The notes under the pieces are model-generated. The model saw only the letters and a list, made by a program, of their open reading frames with translations, searched no databases and was not told the DNA's origin. From the IMG/VR virus record IMGVR_UViG_3300031857_022279: a DNA stretch of 64,000 bases; one strand, written 5' to 3'. Position numbers and translations under genes: made by a program. The stretch comes from a virus. Each line of letters opens with the position of its first letter. Positions within the stretch are counted from its first letter, which is position 1. Below are positions 1 through 9,949 of the stretch, in pieces.

Positions 1-270
1 ATTGAAGTCAACAAAGCTATAGCACACTTAATTGATCTTAAAGATGGAACTATTGAAATAACTGAACTTGGGGATAAGGCTATACAAATAGCGGATTCTG
101 CTCTTGAGACATCTGGTAAGATGATTGACGAGGCTAAAACTGGACTAGATAAAGGAGATGAAAGTATCGCAAAAATGTGCCTTAATTTGATGGAAAAAGG
201 TTCACAGTACGTATCAGCATTTTACAGTAAAATTCAAGATACCGAGACAGTAAAATTAACAATGAAATGA
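1..270 (+). CDS. Hypothetical protein, 5'-truncated by the window edge
   Basis: Frame 1 is open from base 1 (IEVNKAIAHL...TVKLTMK) to TGA at 268-270, with ATGA overlap into the next ORF. Confidence 0.75.
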   Translation: MEVNKAIAHLIDLKDGTIEITELGDKAIQIADSALETSGKMIDEAKTGLDKGDESIAKMCLNLMEKGSQYVSAFYSKIQDTETVKLTMK

Positions 271-863
271 TGAGTCAAATAGTTTTTCACGGAGATAAAT
301 TTGAGATTTCTCACGAAGAGTTAGACGATATTCTTAAAGAAATCACAGATGAGTTTTTTAATTTAGAATATGAAGTAGAAAGCTCATTACAATCATCTTT
401 AATATACGATGATGTAAACTCGTTTGTCGTATGTTTTAATGAAAAGATTGAAAATGATGAATATTCAAACGTTCTATACTATCTAGAACCTAAAATATTT
501 AACTTGATTGAATCAATAAATTCACAGTTAAAGGAATTCAATCTCTATATTTCAGCATCAGATTTTGGGCAAACTGACGCATTCTACGAATTAGTAATAA
601 CCAAAATTGGCACTACTCCAGTATTTCGACCAAGATATCAGAAGACATTAGAGAACTCTAGTGCAAGTGCCACATCCGGTGGTATGGGAGCAGTAGCAAG
701 TCCAGGTGTATCTTCAACATCAGTTGCATCGAGCACTTCCGGTAGTGGAGATGTAACTTTTACACTACTTTCAAAACCAAGTCAAAAAATGGGTGGACCG
801 AGTGAAGTGAGTGATTTGAGATATTTAAAAAAAGTTAAAATTAAAAGAGTCAAAGACTTTTAG
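267..863 (+). CDS. Hypothetical protein with a Gly/Ser/Ala-rich C-terminal segment (possible head-associated protein)
   Basis: 198 aa ORF. The C-terminal ENSSASATSGGMGAVAS...GSGDV motif recurs in ORF 56688..57521. Confidence 0.75.
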   Translation: MMSQIVFHGDKFEISHEELDDILKEITDEFFNLEYEVESSLQSSLIYDDVNSFVVCFNEKIENDEYSNVLYYLEPKIFNLIESINSQLKEFNLYISASDFGQTDAFYELVITKIGTTPVFRPRYQKTLENSSASATSGGMGAVASPGVSSTSVASSTSGSGDVTFTLLSKPSQKMGGPSEVSDLRYLKKVKIKRVKDF

Positions 864-1240
864 AGACTATTCTCAAAGTATTTAACTAATCTTGACGCAG
901 TTGAATAATTCGTCGCAATCGGAGTATCAGTAACATTACAAATTCTAAGTAACATTTGAACATCAACTTCGTGTGGATGTGAACTAAGTGGATCTATAAA
1001 GAATACGACACAATCAATCCTTTTTTCAACAATCATTGCCGCAATTTGTGCATCACCACCAAGTGGACCCGACTTAAATTTGTTAACATCACAACCAGCA
1101 AATTCAATGTGTTTACCAGTTGTGCCGGTTGCGAATATGTTTACGTTTTTGAAAAATTCTAATCTTTTCATTATAAAAGCAACCATATCTGCTTTCTTTT
1201 CATCGTGAGCAATTACTGCGAAATTTAATTTCTTTGACAT
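860..1240 (-). CDS. mgsA: Methylglyoxal synthase
   Basis: Motifs IAHDEKK, ATGTTG, SGPLGGDAQI, DPLSSHPHEVDV and ATNYSTA match the MgsA family. Confidence 0.95.
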   Translation of the reverse strand: MSKKLNFAVIAHDEKKADMVAFIMKRLEFFKNVNIFATGTTGKHIEFAGCDVNKFKSGPLGGDAQIAAMIVEKRIDCVVFFIDPLSSHPHEVDVQMLLRICNVTDTPIATNYSTASRLVKYFENSL

Positions 1241-1297
1241 ATTATACTTAGTTTGTTTATTGGCTTAAGTTTAAAAGAGAAAAAAAATTAAAAAAAA

Positions 1298-1328
1298 TTT
1301 GGTAATTAGAAACTTCACCTTATATTTG
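1298..1328 (+). promoter_or_regulatory. Bacteroidota-type housekeeping sigma promoter upstream of the tRNA
   Basis: TTTG (1298-1301), 19-nt spacer, TATATTTG (1321-1328); matches the TTTG-N19-21-TAnnTTTG consensus. Confidence 0.8.
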
Positions 1329-1377
1329 TAATAAGATAATGACACACACTAAGTCAATAGCTTAGTGGATAAAAAAT

Positions 1378-1454
1378 GGTCTCGTAGCTCAGCTGGATAG
1401 AGCAGCAGATTTCTAATCTGCGGGCCAGGGGTTCGAATCCCTTCGGGACTACCA
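1378..1454 (+). tRNA. tRNA-Arg(UCU) with encoded CCA
   Basis: Acceptor stem GGTCTCG/CGGGACT, D arm AGCTCAGCTGGATAGAGC, anticodon stem GCAGA-TT TCT AA-TCTGC, T loop GGTTCGAATCC, 3' ACCA. Confidence 0.97.
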
Positions 1455-1456
1455 AC

Positions 1457-1486
1457 AAAAAGAGACACTTATAAGTGTCTCTTTTT
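1457..1486. terminator. Bidirectional intrinsic terminator
   Basis: Perfect inverted repeat AAAAAGAGACACTT-at-AAGTGTCTCTTTTT between the tRNA and the convergent yegP-like gene. Confidence 0.85.
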
Positions 1487-1514
1487 CTTTTATCTCAAAA
1501 TGTATTAATTTATA

Positions 1515-1874
1515 TTAATCTAAATAATTTATACGTTCAGTTTGGCTAATATTTGAAATAGAATTTATTGTCTTAATTGCAGATTCTTTAGTTTCATATG
1601 TCTCACTTTTTCCGATTATTTCTCCGTTTTTAGCTTTCAATACAAAATAGGATTTGCCGTCTTTAGAGTCTCTTACTTCAAAGTTTGATGAGTCGCTAGC
1701 ATTTAATTTTACAGAATCAATTCCAGTTATAACTCCATTTTTATTTTTATACGATTCAGATATTAGTACAATTTCACCGTTTGCCGCTTTTAGTATAAAG
1801 TACCATTCACCGCTAACGTTCTTTTTTACTTCGTATTTGCTTCTTCCAAAAATTGATTTTAATGTTTCAAACAT
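1515..1874 (-). CDS. yegP: YegP/DUF1508 tandem-repeat protein
   Basis: Two repeats of the pattern (W/S)YF.LKA.NGEI...SE.Y. Confidence 0.85.
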   Translation of the reverse strand: MFETLKSIFGRSKYEVKKNVSGEWYFILKAANGEIVLISESYKNKNGVITGIDSVKLNASDSSNFEVRDSKDGKSYFVLKAKNGEIIGKSETYETKESAIKTINSISNISQTERINYLD

Positions 1875-1890
1875 GATTTTAATTTATTTT

Positions 1891-2217
1891 TTAATTTAAA
1901 ATTTCCTCTGCCCATACTTTTACGCTTTCGATATTCATATCGTGTTTAGCAGCTAGATTTCCTAATTTTATGCCTGTGAGTAAATGAAGTATTGCTCCCA
2001 CAAATGCCAAAGTCATTGCTGGTATCCATAAGATAATATTTGTCCACATAGAAATTGGAGAAGTTTCACCATCTATAACTGTATCCACAAAGGCAATTAA
2101 AAATGAAATCCCTAGAATCCACTTTATGGCTGGAATTATTTTTCTAAGTTTACTAAACTTATTGTATACTTTTAAGATCACAGATGATTTGATATCATTT
2201 TGAAGTTCAATACTCAT
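1891..2217 (-). CDS. Hypothetical membrane protein (about 2 TM segments)
   Basis: Hydrophobic segments WILGISFLIAFV and IILWIPAMTLAFVGAILHLL. Confidence 0.7.
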   Translation of the reverse strand: MSIELQNDIKSSVILKVYNKFSKLRKIIPAIKWILGISFLIAFVDTVIDGETSPISMWTNIILWIPAMTLAFVGAILHLLTGIKLGNLAAKHDMNIESVKVWAEEILN

Positions 2218-2281
2218 AAAATTTTGGTAATTTTACTGTATATATTCAAAATAAAACTCTTTATTGTCGATTTTTTAAAAA

Positions 2282-2809
2282 TTACTGGTATTTCTTAAAA
2301 GACTTTATTAAAGACTCTACATTAGTGTAGTTGTAACAATGTAAATAATTTTTAAAAGCATCAATTACTTTTTTTGGTTTTCTTGAAGTATCTTCCAGTA
2401 AATTAATGTAATACCCGATGTACAGAAAAAGTTCCTTTTCGTGTATTAGACCACTTTCAATATAGATTTGAAAGGTAGATATTCTGTCAAAAAACTTATC
2501 AAATATATCTCTAAGATTTGCCTCCCAGAGTTCATAGTTATTTTTCTCACCATGTGTTTTAAGGACTTCTGCAAGTTTTTCATCACTTACAATTACATCT
2601 TCTCCTCTGATGTTTATTTTTCTAACGTTCCAATCTAATATTTGATAAACTATTTTAGTGTCTGGATCGTTTTGAAAATCTTTAATTTCTTTCGCTAGAA
2701 ACTCTGATTTTTTCCACTTTAGACTTTGGATATATTCCCAAACTATTTTTATAAATGTTAAAAGTCCAACAAACGGCAAGAATTTTATTATAATCTCAAT
2801 CGTATTCAT
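2282..2809 (-). CDS. Hypothetical protein with an N-terminal TM helix
   Basis: The ORF track starts at 2854; ATG at 2809 (MNTIEIIIKFLPFVGLLTF) is preferred because an ATATATA motif lies 4 nt upstream. Confidence 0.65.
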   Translation of the reverse strand: MNTIEIIIKFLPFVGLLTFIKIVWEYIQSLKWKKSEFLAKEIKDFQNDPDTKIVYQILDWNVRKINIRGEDVIVSDEKLAEVLKTHGEKNNYELWEANLRDIFDKFFDRISTFQIYIESGLIHEKELFLYIGYYINLLEDTSRKPKKVIDAFKNYLHCYNYTNVESLIKSFKKYQ

Positions 2810-2918
2810 AGAGTATATATCTTTTTTAAATTTTTTTTCAAATTTTTTAAACAAATTATCTCACTTGGATATAATAATTCGTCAAACGATAAATTTTATT
2901 TAAAATCAAAAACAAAGT

Positions 2919-3194
2919 ATGGTAAATCAAATTAAACCCTTGGGTGACAGGGTTCTGGTGGAACCCGCCCCAACAGAAGAAAAAACATCAAGTGGTATCA
3001 TTATTCCTGATACTGCAAAAGAAAAACCACAACGTGGTCGAGTGGTAGCCGTAGGTGGTGGAAAGAAAGATGATCCTCTTACCGTAAAGACCGGAGACAG
3101 TGTACTGTTCGGAAAGTTTTCTGGAACAGAATTTAAATTCGAGGGAAAAGACTACCTCATTATGAAAGAGTCTGATATTTACGCAATCATCTAA
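2919..3194 (+). CDS. groES: Co-chaperonin GroES
   Basis: [10 protein letters not shown], mobile loop [31 protein letters not shown]. Confidence 0.98.
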   Translation: MVNQIKPLGDRVLVEPAPTEEKTSSGIIIPDTAKEKPQRGRVVAVGGGKKDDPLTVKTGDSVLFGKFSGTEFKFEGKDYLIMKESDIYAII

Positions 3195-3203
3195 AAAATC
3201 TAA

Positions 3204-4838
<1,635 letters not shown>

Positions 4839-4861
4839 GATTCTAACTTTACAAACTAAGA

Positions 4862-4892
4862 AAGAACCACCTAATGGTGGTTCTTTTTTTTT
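4862..4892 (+). terminator. Intrinsic terminator of the groES-groEL operon
   Basis: AAGAACCACC-taat-GGTGGTTCTT followed by a T-run. Confidence 0.9.
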
Positions 4893-4899
4893 ATAAACC

Positions 4900-4908
4900 T
4901 AATATATA
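4900..4908 (+). promoter_or_regulatory. TAATATATA motif (putative phage late promoter), representative copy
   Basis: Lies 5 nt before ATG 4914; the same motif precedes many other ATGs at 4-6 nt (see findings). Confidence 0.6.
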
Positions 4909-4913
4909 ATATT

Positions 4914-5399
4914 ATGAAATTTACAATTTTGAAAGGATCACACTATTCAGACCAATTTTTATATAAGTCTATTAATTTTTTAAATCTAAGTAGTATACTA
5001 ACCTTCAAAGTTAATTTTGATAAATCTTGTATCTACAATTTGAATTCACCAGATCAATTGGATATTAATAAACTATTTGGATTCTCAAATGGTTTTAATC
5101 ATCATAAGTACTCTGCTAGATTTGGTTGGAATTCAGAGGGTGACAAGATAAATATATTCTCTTATGTTTATGACAGCGGTAAGAGAAAATCAAATCTTAT
5201 ATCAAAGATTGAGACTGATAGATACTACAAGATGGCTATAATTGATGATAATACAAATTGGATTTTTGCAATTGATAATTATTGTACGATGGTTCCAAAA
5301 TCGGAGAAATTCAAGATAGGATATAAACTGTGGCCTTACTTCGGTGGTAATAACACTGCACCTCAGGATCTTTCAATTAATATGATAGGATTTGATTAA
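4914..5399 (+). CDS. Hypothetical protein, possibly a beta-jelly-roll (lyase- or lectin-like) fold
   Basis: Aromatic-rich beta-type sequence with NKLFGFS, SARFGW and a C-terminal PYFGGNNTAP; the fold assignment is inference. Confidence 0.6.
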   Translation: MKFTILKGSHYSDQFLYKSINFLNLSSILTFKVNFDKSCIYNLNSPDQLDINKLFGFSNGFNHHKYSARFGWNSEGDKINIFSYVYDSGKRKSNLISKIETDRYYKMAIIDDNTNWIFAIDNYCTMVPKSEKFKIGYKLWPYFGGNNTAPQDLSINMIGFD

Positions 5400-5411
5400 T
5401 ATATAGATAAG

Positions 5412-5834
5412 ATGAAACATCTTAAAAAGTTCAATGAATCTAAATATGATATAGAGTTGTTTGAAGAAATTCTTCAATACGTTAATGATCTATCTTTAGA
5501 TTTTGTAGATTTAGGTTTAGAATGTCAAGTCAAGAAATCTTCACTTCCAGGCTCTGTTTCACCAGAATTAAATCTAAATAGAAGAGCTATTTTACCTTAT
5601 ACAATCTTGGTGGAAATCATTGATACTAGTTATGGATTTTCAATAAATCGAGATGAATTTAATTCTATAGTAAAAGCTATCAAAGACTACGTTGAATCTC
5701 AAGGATGTAACTTTTTTGTCTCAAGATACGATGAGCATGAAAACTACTACCTAAATGATATAGGTTATACTACCTTTGATGATTATTTGAAAGAACAAGG
5801 AAACTTCTATGGTTTTGAAATTAGAATATTCTAA
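5412..5834 (+). CDS. Hypothetical protein with an N-terminal capsid-targeting-like peptide
   Basis: Starts MKHLKKFNES; TAATATATA at 5397-5405. Confidence 0.75.
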   Translation: MKHLKKFNESKYDIELFEEILQYVNDLSLDFVDLGLECQVKKSSLPGSVSPELNLNRRAILPYTILVEIIDTSYGFSINRDEFNSIVKAIKDYVESQGCNFFVSRYDEHENYYLNDIGYTTFDDYLKEQGNFYGFEIRIF

Positions 5835-6085
5835 TTACAAGTATCACACTCTTCAGAGTCATTTTCCTGTTCTGTATCAAAATCAAATCCTAGATTCACA
5901 AGTTCGGCCATTACTCCATCTATCATTGACAAGTCAGCTCCATTTTCTTTCATAAACATTTCGAAGTTAGAGGGTGATATCATTTCACCTGCAGCTCTTT
6001 TAGCTTGAAGTTTTGGTAGTAGATCATTTGCAATATCCACTGCTAGATCAAAATCAACCATTTCATTAAATCTTTTTATTCTCAT
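5831..6085 (-). CDS. Small acidic hypothetical protein with a capsid-targeting-like peptide
   Basis: Preferred start 6085 (MRIKRFNEMV), with ATGA coupling to the upstream stop at 6082-6084. Confidence 0.7.
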   Translation of the reverse strand: MRIKRFNEMVDFDLAVDIANDLLPKLQAKRAAGEMISPSNFEMFMKENGADLSMIDGVMAELVNLGFDFDTEQENDSEECDTCN

Positions 6086-6504
6086 TTTGTTATTTTTATT
6101 TTTATACCAGATGTTATAAAGTTCCACGAATCTAATTTCATGTGTATATCTCCCATTGAAGCTGAAAATCCTAATTTTCTAAATCTTACCATGTAGGGTA
6201 TTAATTTGTCTTTAATTTTATTTGTAAGAAAGTGAGCGGCGTCTCTATCGACTAGACTATCAGTCTGACCTATAGTTCTAATGTCTATGTGTGCTTCAAA
6301 TATCTTGCCTCTATAAGGATGTAATGTATTTAATCTAGAAGTCAAAGGTCCGGTCATCTCACTTGTAGATTTGACATCCTCTAAATTCAAATCATCAACA
6401 ATATCACGATATAAATCTTTGATATCATTTAACTCATCTTCGGCAAATGCCAAATCATTTTTTTCCTGACTTTCAAATGATTCATATTTTTTTATAAACT
6501 TCAT
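6082..6504 (-). CDS. Hypothetical protein with a capsid-targeting-like peptide
   Basis: Preferred start 6504 (MKFIKKYESFE), preceded by TTATATATACACT. Confidence 0.7.
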   Translation of the reverse strand: MKFIKKYESFESQEKNDLAFAEDELNDIKDLYRDIVDDLNLEDVKSTSEMTGPLTSRLNTLHPYRGKIFEAHIDIRTIGQTDSLVDRDAAHFLTNKIKDKLIPYMVRFRKLGFSASMGDIHMKLDSWNFITSGIKIKITK

Positions 6505-6527
6505 AGTGTATATATAAAATAATTTCA

Positions 6528-6535
6528 TATATTTG
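6528..6535 (+). promoter_or_regulatory. Bacteroidota-type -7 promoter element
   Basis: TATATTTG lies 6 nt before the uvsE ATG; no clear -33 TTTG was found. Confidence 0.55.
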
Positions 6536-6541
6536 TAATTA

Positions 6542-7465
6542 ATGAATAACATTGGATACTGTTGTATAAATATTTCGATTAATTCTAATCTAAGTAAGAA
6601 GGATCAAATTTCTGTTAATAGAGGAATGGTTAAAAAGACATTTGAATCTAAAGGTCTGAAATATGTTTCAGAATTAACAATTAAAAATATTGATGATCTC
6701 AAAAAGATACTAGAGTGGAATCTTAAAAATAATATTTATGTTTATAGGATGTCAAGTGACATGTTTCCATGTTTAGGATTCTATAAAATCAAAGATTTAC
6801 CAAACTATAATTTAATATGTAGAAAATTAAAAGAGTGTGGTGATTTTGCTAAGAAAAACTCATTCAGACTATCTTTTCACCCTTCACACTTTTGTATAAT
6901 AGCAAGTGAGAATCAAAGAGTCATTGATAATGCTATTGATGAACTTAATAAACATGCTGAAATCATGGACATAATGGGACTTGATCAGACCACATTTTAT
7001 CCAATTAATATACACATTGGTACTACAAAACCATCACTCACTGATGCTACCCGTAAGTTTTGTGAGAGTTTTCAACTACTTTCCGAATCTTGTAAGAAAA
7101 GGTTAACTGTTGAAAATGATGATAGTCCTAATCAATACTCTGTAAAGTTTCTATATGAAAATGTTTATAAAGTAATTGGTATTCCGATTGTATTTGATCA
7201 ACACCACTTTAACTACGGACCACAAGATCAAACTATGGAAGAAGCTTTAAAACTAGCACATTCAACTTGGAATACAAGATGTCTAACACATATGAGTTCT
7301 TCGAAACTAATTGAAGATGTTAAAGGTGTTGCAACTGCTCATGCTGATTATATCTACGAAGAAATAAAAACATTCGGATTGGATTTTGACATTGAAATTG
7401 AAGCAAAGGCCAAAGATCTAGCAGTATTGAAATATAGAAAAGAGTTCCAACTTGTAAAATCATAA
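6542..7465 (+). CDS. uvsE: UV DNA damage endonuclease (UvsE/UvdE family)
   Basis: IGYCCIN, YRMSSDMFP, RLSFHPSHF, INIHIG, LTVENDD, IPIVFDQHH, HADY and IEIEAKAKD motifs. Confidence 0.95.
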   Translation: MNNIGYCCINISINSNLSKKDQISVNRGMVKKTFESKGLKYVSELTIKNIDDLKKILEWNLKNNIYVYRMSSDMFPCLGFYKIKDLPNYNLICRKLKECGDFAKKNSFRLSFHPSHFCIIASENQRVIDNAIDELNKHAEIMDIMGLDQTTFYPINIHIGTTKPSLTDATRKFCESFQLLSESCKKRLTVENDDSPNQYSVKFLYENVYKVIGIPIVFDQHHFNYGPQDQTMEEALKLAHSTWNTRCLTHMSSSKLIEDVKGVATAHADYIYEEIKTFGLDFDIEIEAKAKDLAVLKYRKEFQLVKS

Positions 7466-7475
7466 ATACGATACA

Positions 7476-7694
7476 ATGAGTTCAGTATTAAACAATTGCA
7501 TTAATAATGCAAAATCAGATGGCAGTGAAAGAATCTTAAATACAGATGTCTGTATTAGAGTAGTTCATAATCTTTATAATAAGAGTATCGATTTACATCT
7601 AAACTATGATACTAATCTTCAACAGATTATTACACTTAATGAAGAACAGACAATTTTTTTGATAGATGAGTTATTAAAAGAAAAAGAGAGTTAA
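7476..7694 (+). CDS. Small hypothetical protein
   Basis: 72 aa ORF 10 nt downstream of uvsE on the same strand. Confidence 0.6.
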   Translation: MSSVLNNCINNAKSDGSERILNTDVCIRVVHNLYNKSIDLHLNYDTNLQQIITLNEEQTIFLIDELLKEKES

Positions 7695-7894
7695 AAACTC
7701 TCTTTTTTAATTTCTTCTAGAATCCCCTTGTATTCAGATAAAATTTTATCATACAAAGGTTCGTCAAAAGTTTTCATAAGATTAATCATTTTTCCAATTC
7801 CAGAGTCCTTCGGTAATAGTTGACGACTTTGGATTTGTTTCATCTTTGAATAGATTTCACGTTCTAGTTTAATGAGGTCTTTTTCACTGGCCAT
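7691..7894 (-). CDS. Small hypothetical protein
   Basis: 67 aa ORF with a minus-strand TATATTTG just upstream (about 7910-7917). Confidence 0.65.
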   Translation of the reverse strand: MASEKDLIKLEREIYSKMKQIQSRQLLPKDSGIGKMINLMKTFDEPLYDKILSEYKGILEEIKKESF

Positions 7895-7974
7895 GTTTTG
7901 TATTTTTTACAAATATAGTGAAAATAAACTTTGTTTCGAATTTTTGATATAAATAACTAAAAATAAATTATATT

Positions 7975-8328
7975 ATGATCAAAAATCTTTTTACTTTAAA
8001 AAACTTAGGTTGGCTTTTAACTGCAGTTGTTGTTTATATGCTTGGAATGGCCGGTGTATCTAAAGTTACTGGCTCAGAAGAAATGATACAGGTGTTTACA
8101 CTTTTCAATCTTCAAGATTATATGATGTGGGTAGGTGTTGCTGAAATCGTATCAGTGCTCTTACTTATCTATCCAAAAACATCTATGTTCGGCGCACTCG
8201 CAATTACTTCAATTATGTCTGCTGCGATTGGTCAACACCTTTCTTGTCTTGCTGGAGCAGGAGTTATAGCACCTACTGTGATTTCGGTCCTTGCTTGGTC
8301 AGCACATTGTTTGAGAAGATATTGTTAA
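7975..8328 (+). CDS. DoxX-family membrane protein
   Basis: About 4 TM segments with the pattern GMAGVSKV...WVGVAEIV..LLLIYPKT..FGA....IMSAAI..HL. Confidence 0.75.
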   Translation: MIKNLFTLKNLGWLLTAVVVYMLGMAGVSKVTGSEEMIQVFTLFNLQDYMMWVGVAEIVSVLLLIYPKTSMFGALAITSIMSAAIGQHLSCLAGAGVIAPTVISVLAWSAHCLRRYC

Positions 8329-8345
8329 TTAAAAAAGTTAAAAAC

Positions 8346-8918
8346 ATGAAATTAAAATTCTTAATTTTTATTGCTATCGTTTTAACGACTGTTTCTTGTA
8401 GTAAGAAAAAGAAGACTACCGAAACACAACCTAAACCGGTTGGTGAAGTTGTTATTAATGAGTATTGCTCAGGAGATCAATACTACAGTACAAAAGATGC
8501 ATTTCGCTCAACTGCAACTGGTGAGAGCCTAGATAGAGAAACTGCTAAGAAGAAAGCTCGTTCAAATGCTTCATCGGAACTTGCAAAAACAATAAGTGCT
8601 ACTCTTAAAATTGTCGGAGATAATTATGTCAATTCTACTGAATTCAACAACAAAGAAGAAGTGACAGAAACATTTCAAGAAATGGCTAGAACAGTTGTTG
8701 ATCAAGAGATCAGAGGATGTGTTGAGATTTGTGAGAAACTTACACAGCGTCCTGATGGTGTTTATGTGAGTTATGTTGCACTTGAACTTTCTGGTTCTAA
8801 AATTGCAGACTCCTATAGTAATTCACTTTCTCAAAATGAGAAGTTAAAGGCAGATTACAATTATGAAAAGTTCAAACAAACATTTGAACAGGAAATGGAA
8901 AAGACAACTAAACGTTAA
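8346..8918 (+). CDS. Lipoprotein (LPP20-like)
   Basis: Preferred start 8346 MKLKFLIFIAIVLTTVSC with a lipobox Cys; A..S.D...AKKKAR.NA..ELAK pattern. Confidence 0.75.
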   Translation: MKLKFLIFIAIVLTTVSCSKKKKTTETQPKPVGEVVINEYCSGDQYYSTKDAFRSTATGESLDRETAKKKARSNASSELAKTISATLKIVGDNYVNSTEFNNKEEVTETFQEMARTVVDQEIRGCVEICEKLTQRPDGVYVSYVALELSGSKIADSYSNSLSQNEKLKADYNYEKFKQTFEQEMEKTTKR

Positions 8919-8922
8919 TTTT

Positions 8923-8950
8923 AAAAACCTCTCAATTGAGAGGTTTTTTT
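8923..8950 (+). terminator. Intrinsic terminator
   Basis: AAAAACCTCTC-aatt-GAGAGGTTTTTTT. Confidence 0.9.
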
Positions 8951-8974
8951 ATTTATTTTTTAATATATAGATTT

Positions 8975-9514
8975 ATGGGTAAAATAAAGAAATTCTTAGA
9001 TTATATAACTGGATATACTAGTTATCAAAGTAAACTTAATAGAATGGTAAACAGAACTCGCGAGTACCAAGCTGGTCCTCAAGTAACTGGTAATGGTCAA
9101 ATGACCGCTGATGAGATTTTGGAAACTTTTTCAATGATTAAGGACTATCTTACTCTCCTAAGTGATACAGCTGGTGTTCAAGTAATCTGGCCAAGATATA
9201 AAAAAAATCCGACAGCTCTTTTGCAAGGCTTAGGGTTGTTTCAATTCGAAACCAATTACTTATCACATACAATCACTAGTTTAAACAATTTTATCATTCA
9301 TGCTCAACTCAAAATATCAAAAGATGTTGATATGAAACAATTTCAGTTAGATTTTGAATCTTGTAAATCACAATTAAAGGCTGAGGATTTTATTCTCGAA
9401 TGGCACAAACCAGAAAATCCGTATCACGTTCAGGAATTAATTGTTAGACATATTTCATGTCCAACATTTGATCAACTGTCAAAGACGGCTAAATTTACTC
9501 GTCGTTTTGCCTAA
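8975..9514 (+). CDS. Hypothetical protein
   Basis: Preferred start 8975 (MGKIKKFLDY), 5 nt after TAATATATA at 8961-8969. Confidence 0.7.
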   Translation: MGKIKKFLDYITGYTSYQSKLNRMVNRTREYQAGPQVTGNGQMTADEILETFSMIKDYLTLLSDTAGVQVIWPRYKKNPTALLQGLGLFQFETNYLSHTITSLNNFIIHAQLKISKDVDMKQFQLDFESCKSQLKAEDFILEWHKPENPYHVQELIVRHISCPTFDQLSKTAKFTRRFA

Positions 9515-9554
9515 TTATTTAACTTAAATCTACGATTATCGATAGTAAATTATT

Positions 9555-9908
9555 TTACTTAATTCTTTTCTTAATCTCAGACTTTATTTCAGAACATTTT
9601 TCATATTCTTCTAAAGACTCGTATTCTTTAATCATGTCTTTCAACTGATCTGAGTCGCTAAGTTTTAGTCTTAATTTGAATCTTACTTGATTTAAATCAT
9701 TTAAGTCATCACAATAAGAATCTATTATTTTTCCTATAACAAACTTATCGAACTTAGACGTTTCTATAAACTCAGTCCAAGTTTCAATCTCATTATCTTT
9801 TAAAAATGTTACGATTACATTTACGCAATCATCAACTCTATTTTGAGTATTTTCATTTTTTTGAAAGCTAAATAGTTCGTTAAAGTTTGCGAATTTTTTT
9901 AAAGACAT
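9555..9908 (-). CDS. Hypothetical protein with a C-terminal UvrB/UvrC-motif-like helix
   Basis: Starts MSLKKFANFNE; ends LKDMIKEYESLEEYEKCSEIK; TAATATATA 4 nt upstream. Confidence 0.7.
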   Translation of the reverse strand: MSLKKFANFNELFSFQKNENTQNRVDDCVNVIVTFLKDNEIETWTEFIETSKFDKFVIGKIIDSYCDDLNDLNQVRFKLRLKLSDSDQLKDMIKEYESLEEYEKCSEIKSEIKKRIK

Positions 9909-9931
9909 GTAATATATATTAATTTTTTTCC

Positions 9932-9939
9932 TATATTTG
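9932..9939 (+). promoter_or_regulatory. Bacteroidota-type -7 element ahead of a candidate ncRNA
   Basis: TATATTTG with no substantial downstream ORF before a terminator at 10188-10239. Confidence 0.5.
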
Positions 9940-9949
9940 TAGTGTCAAA

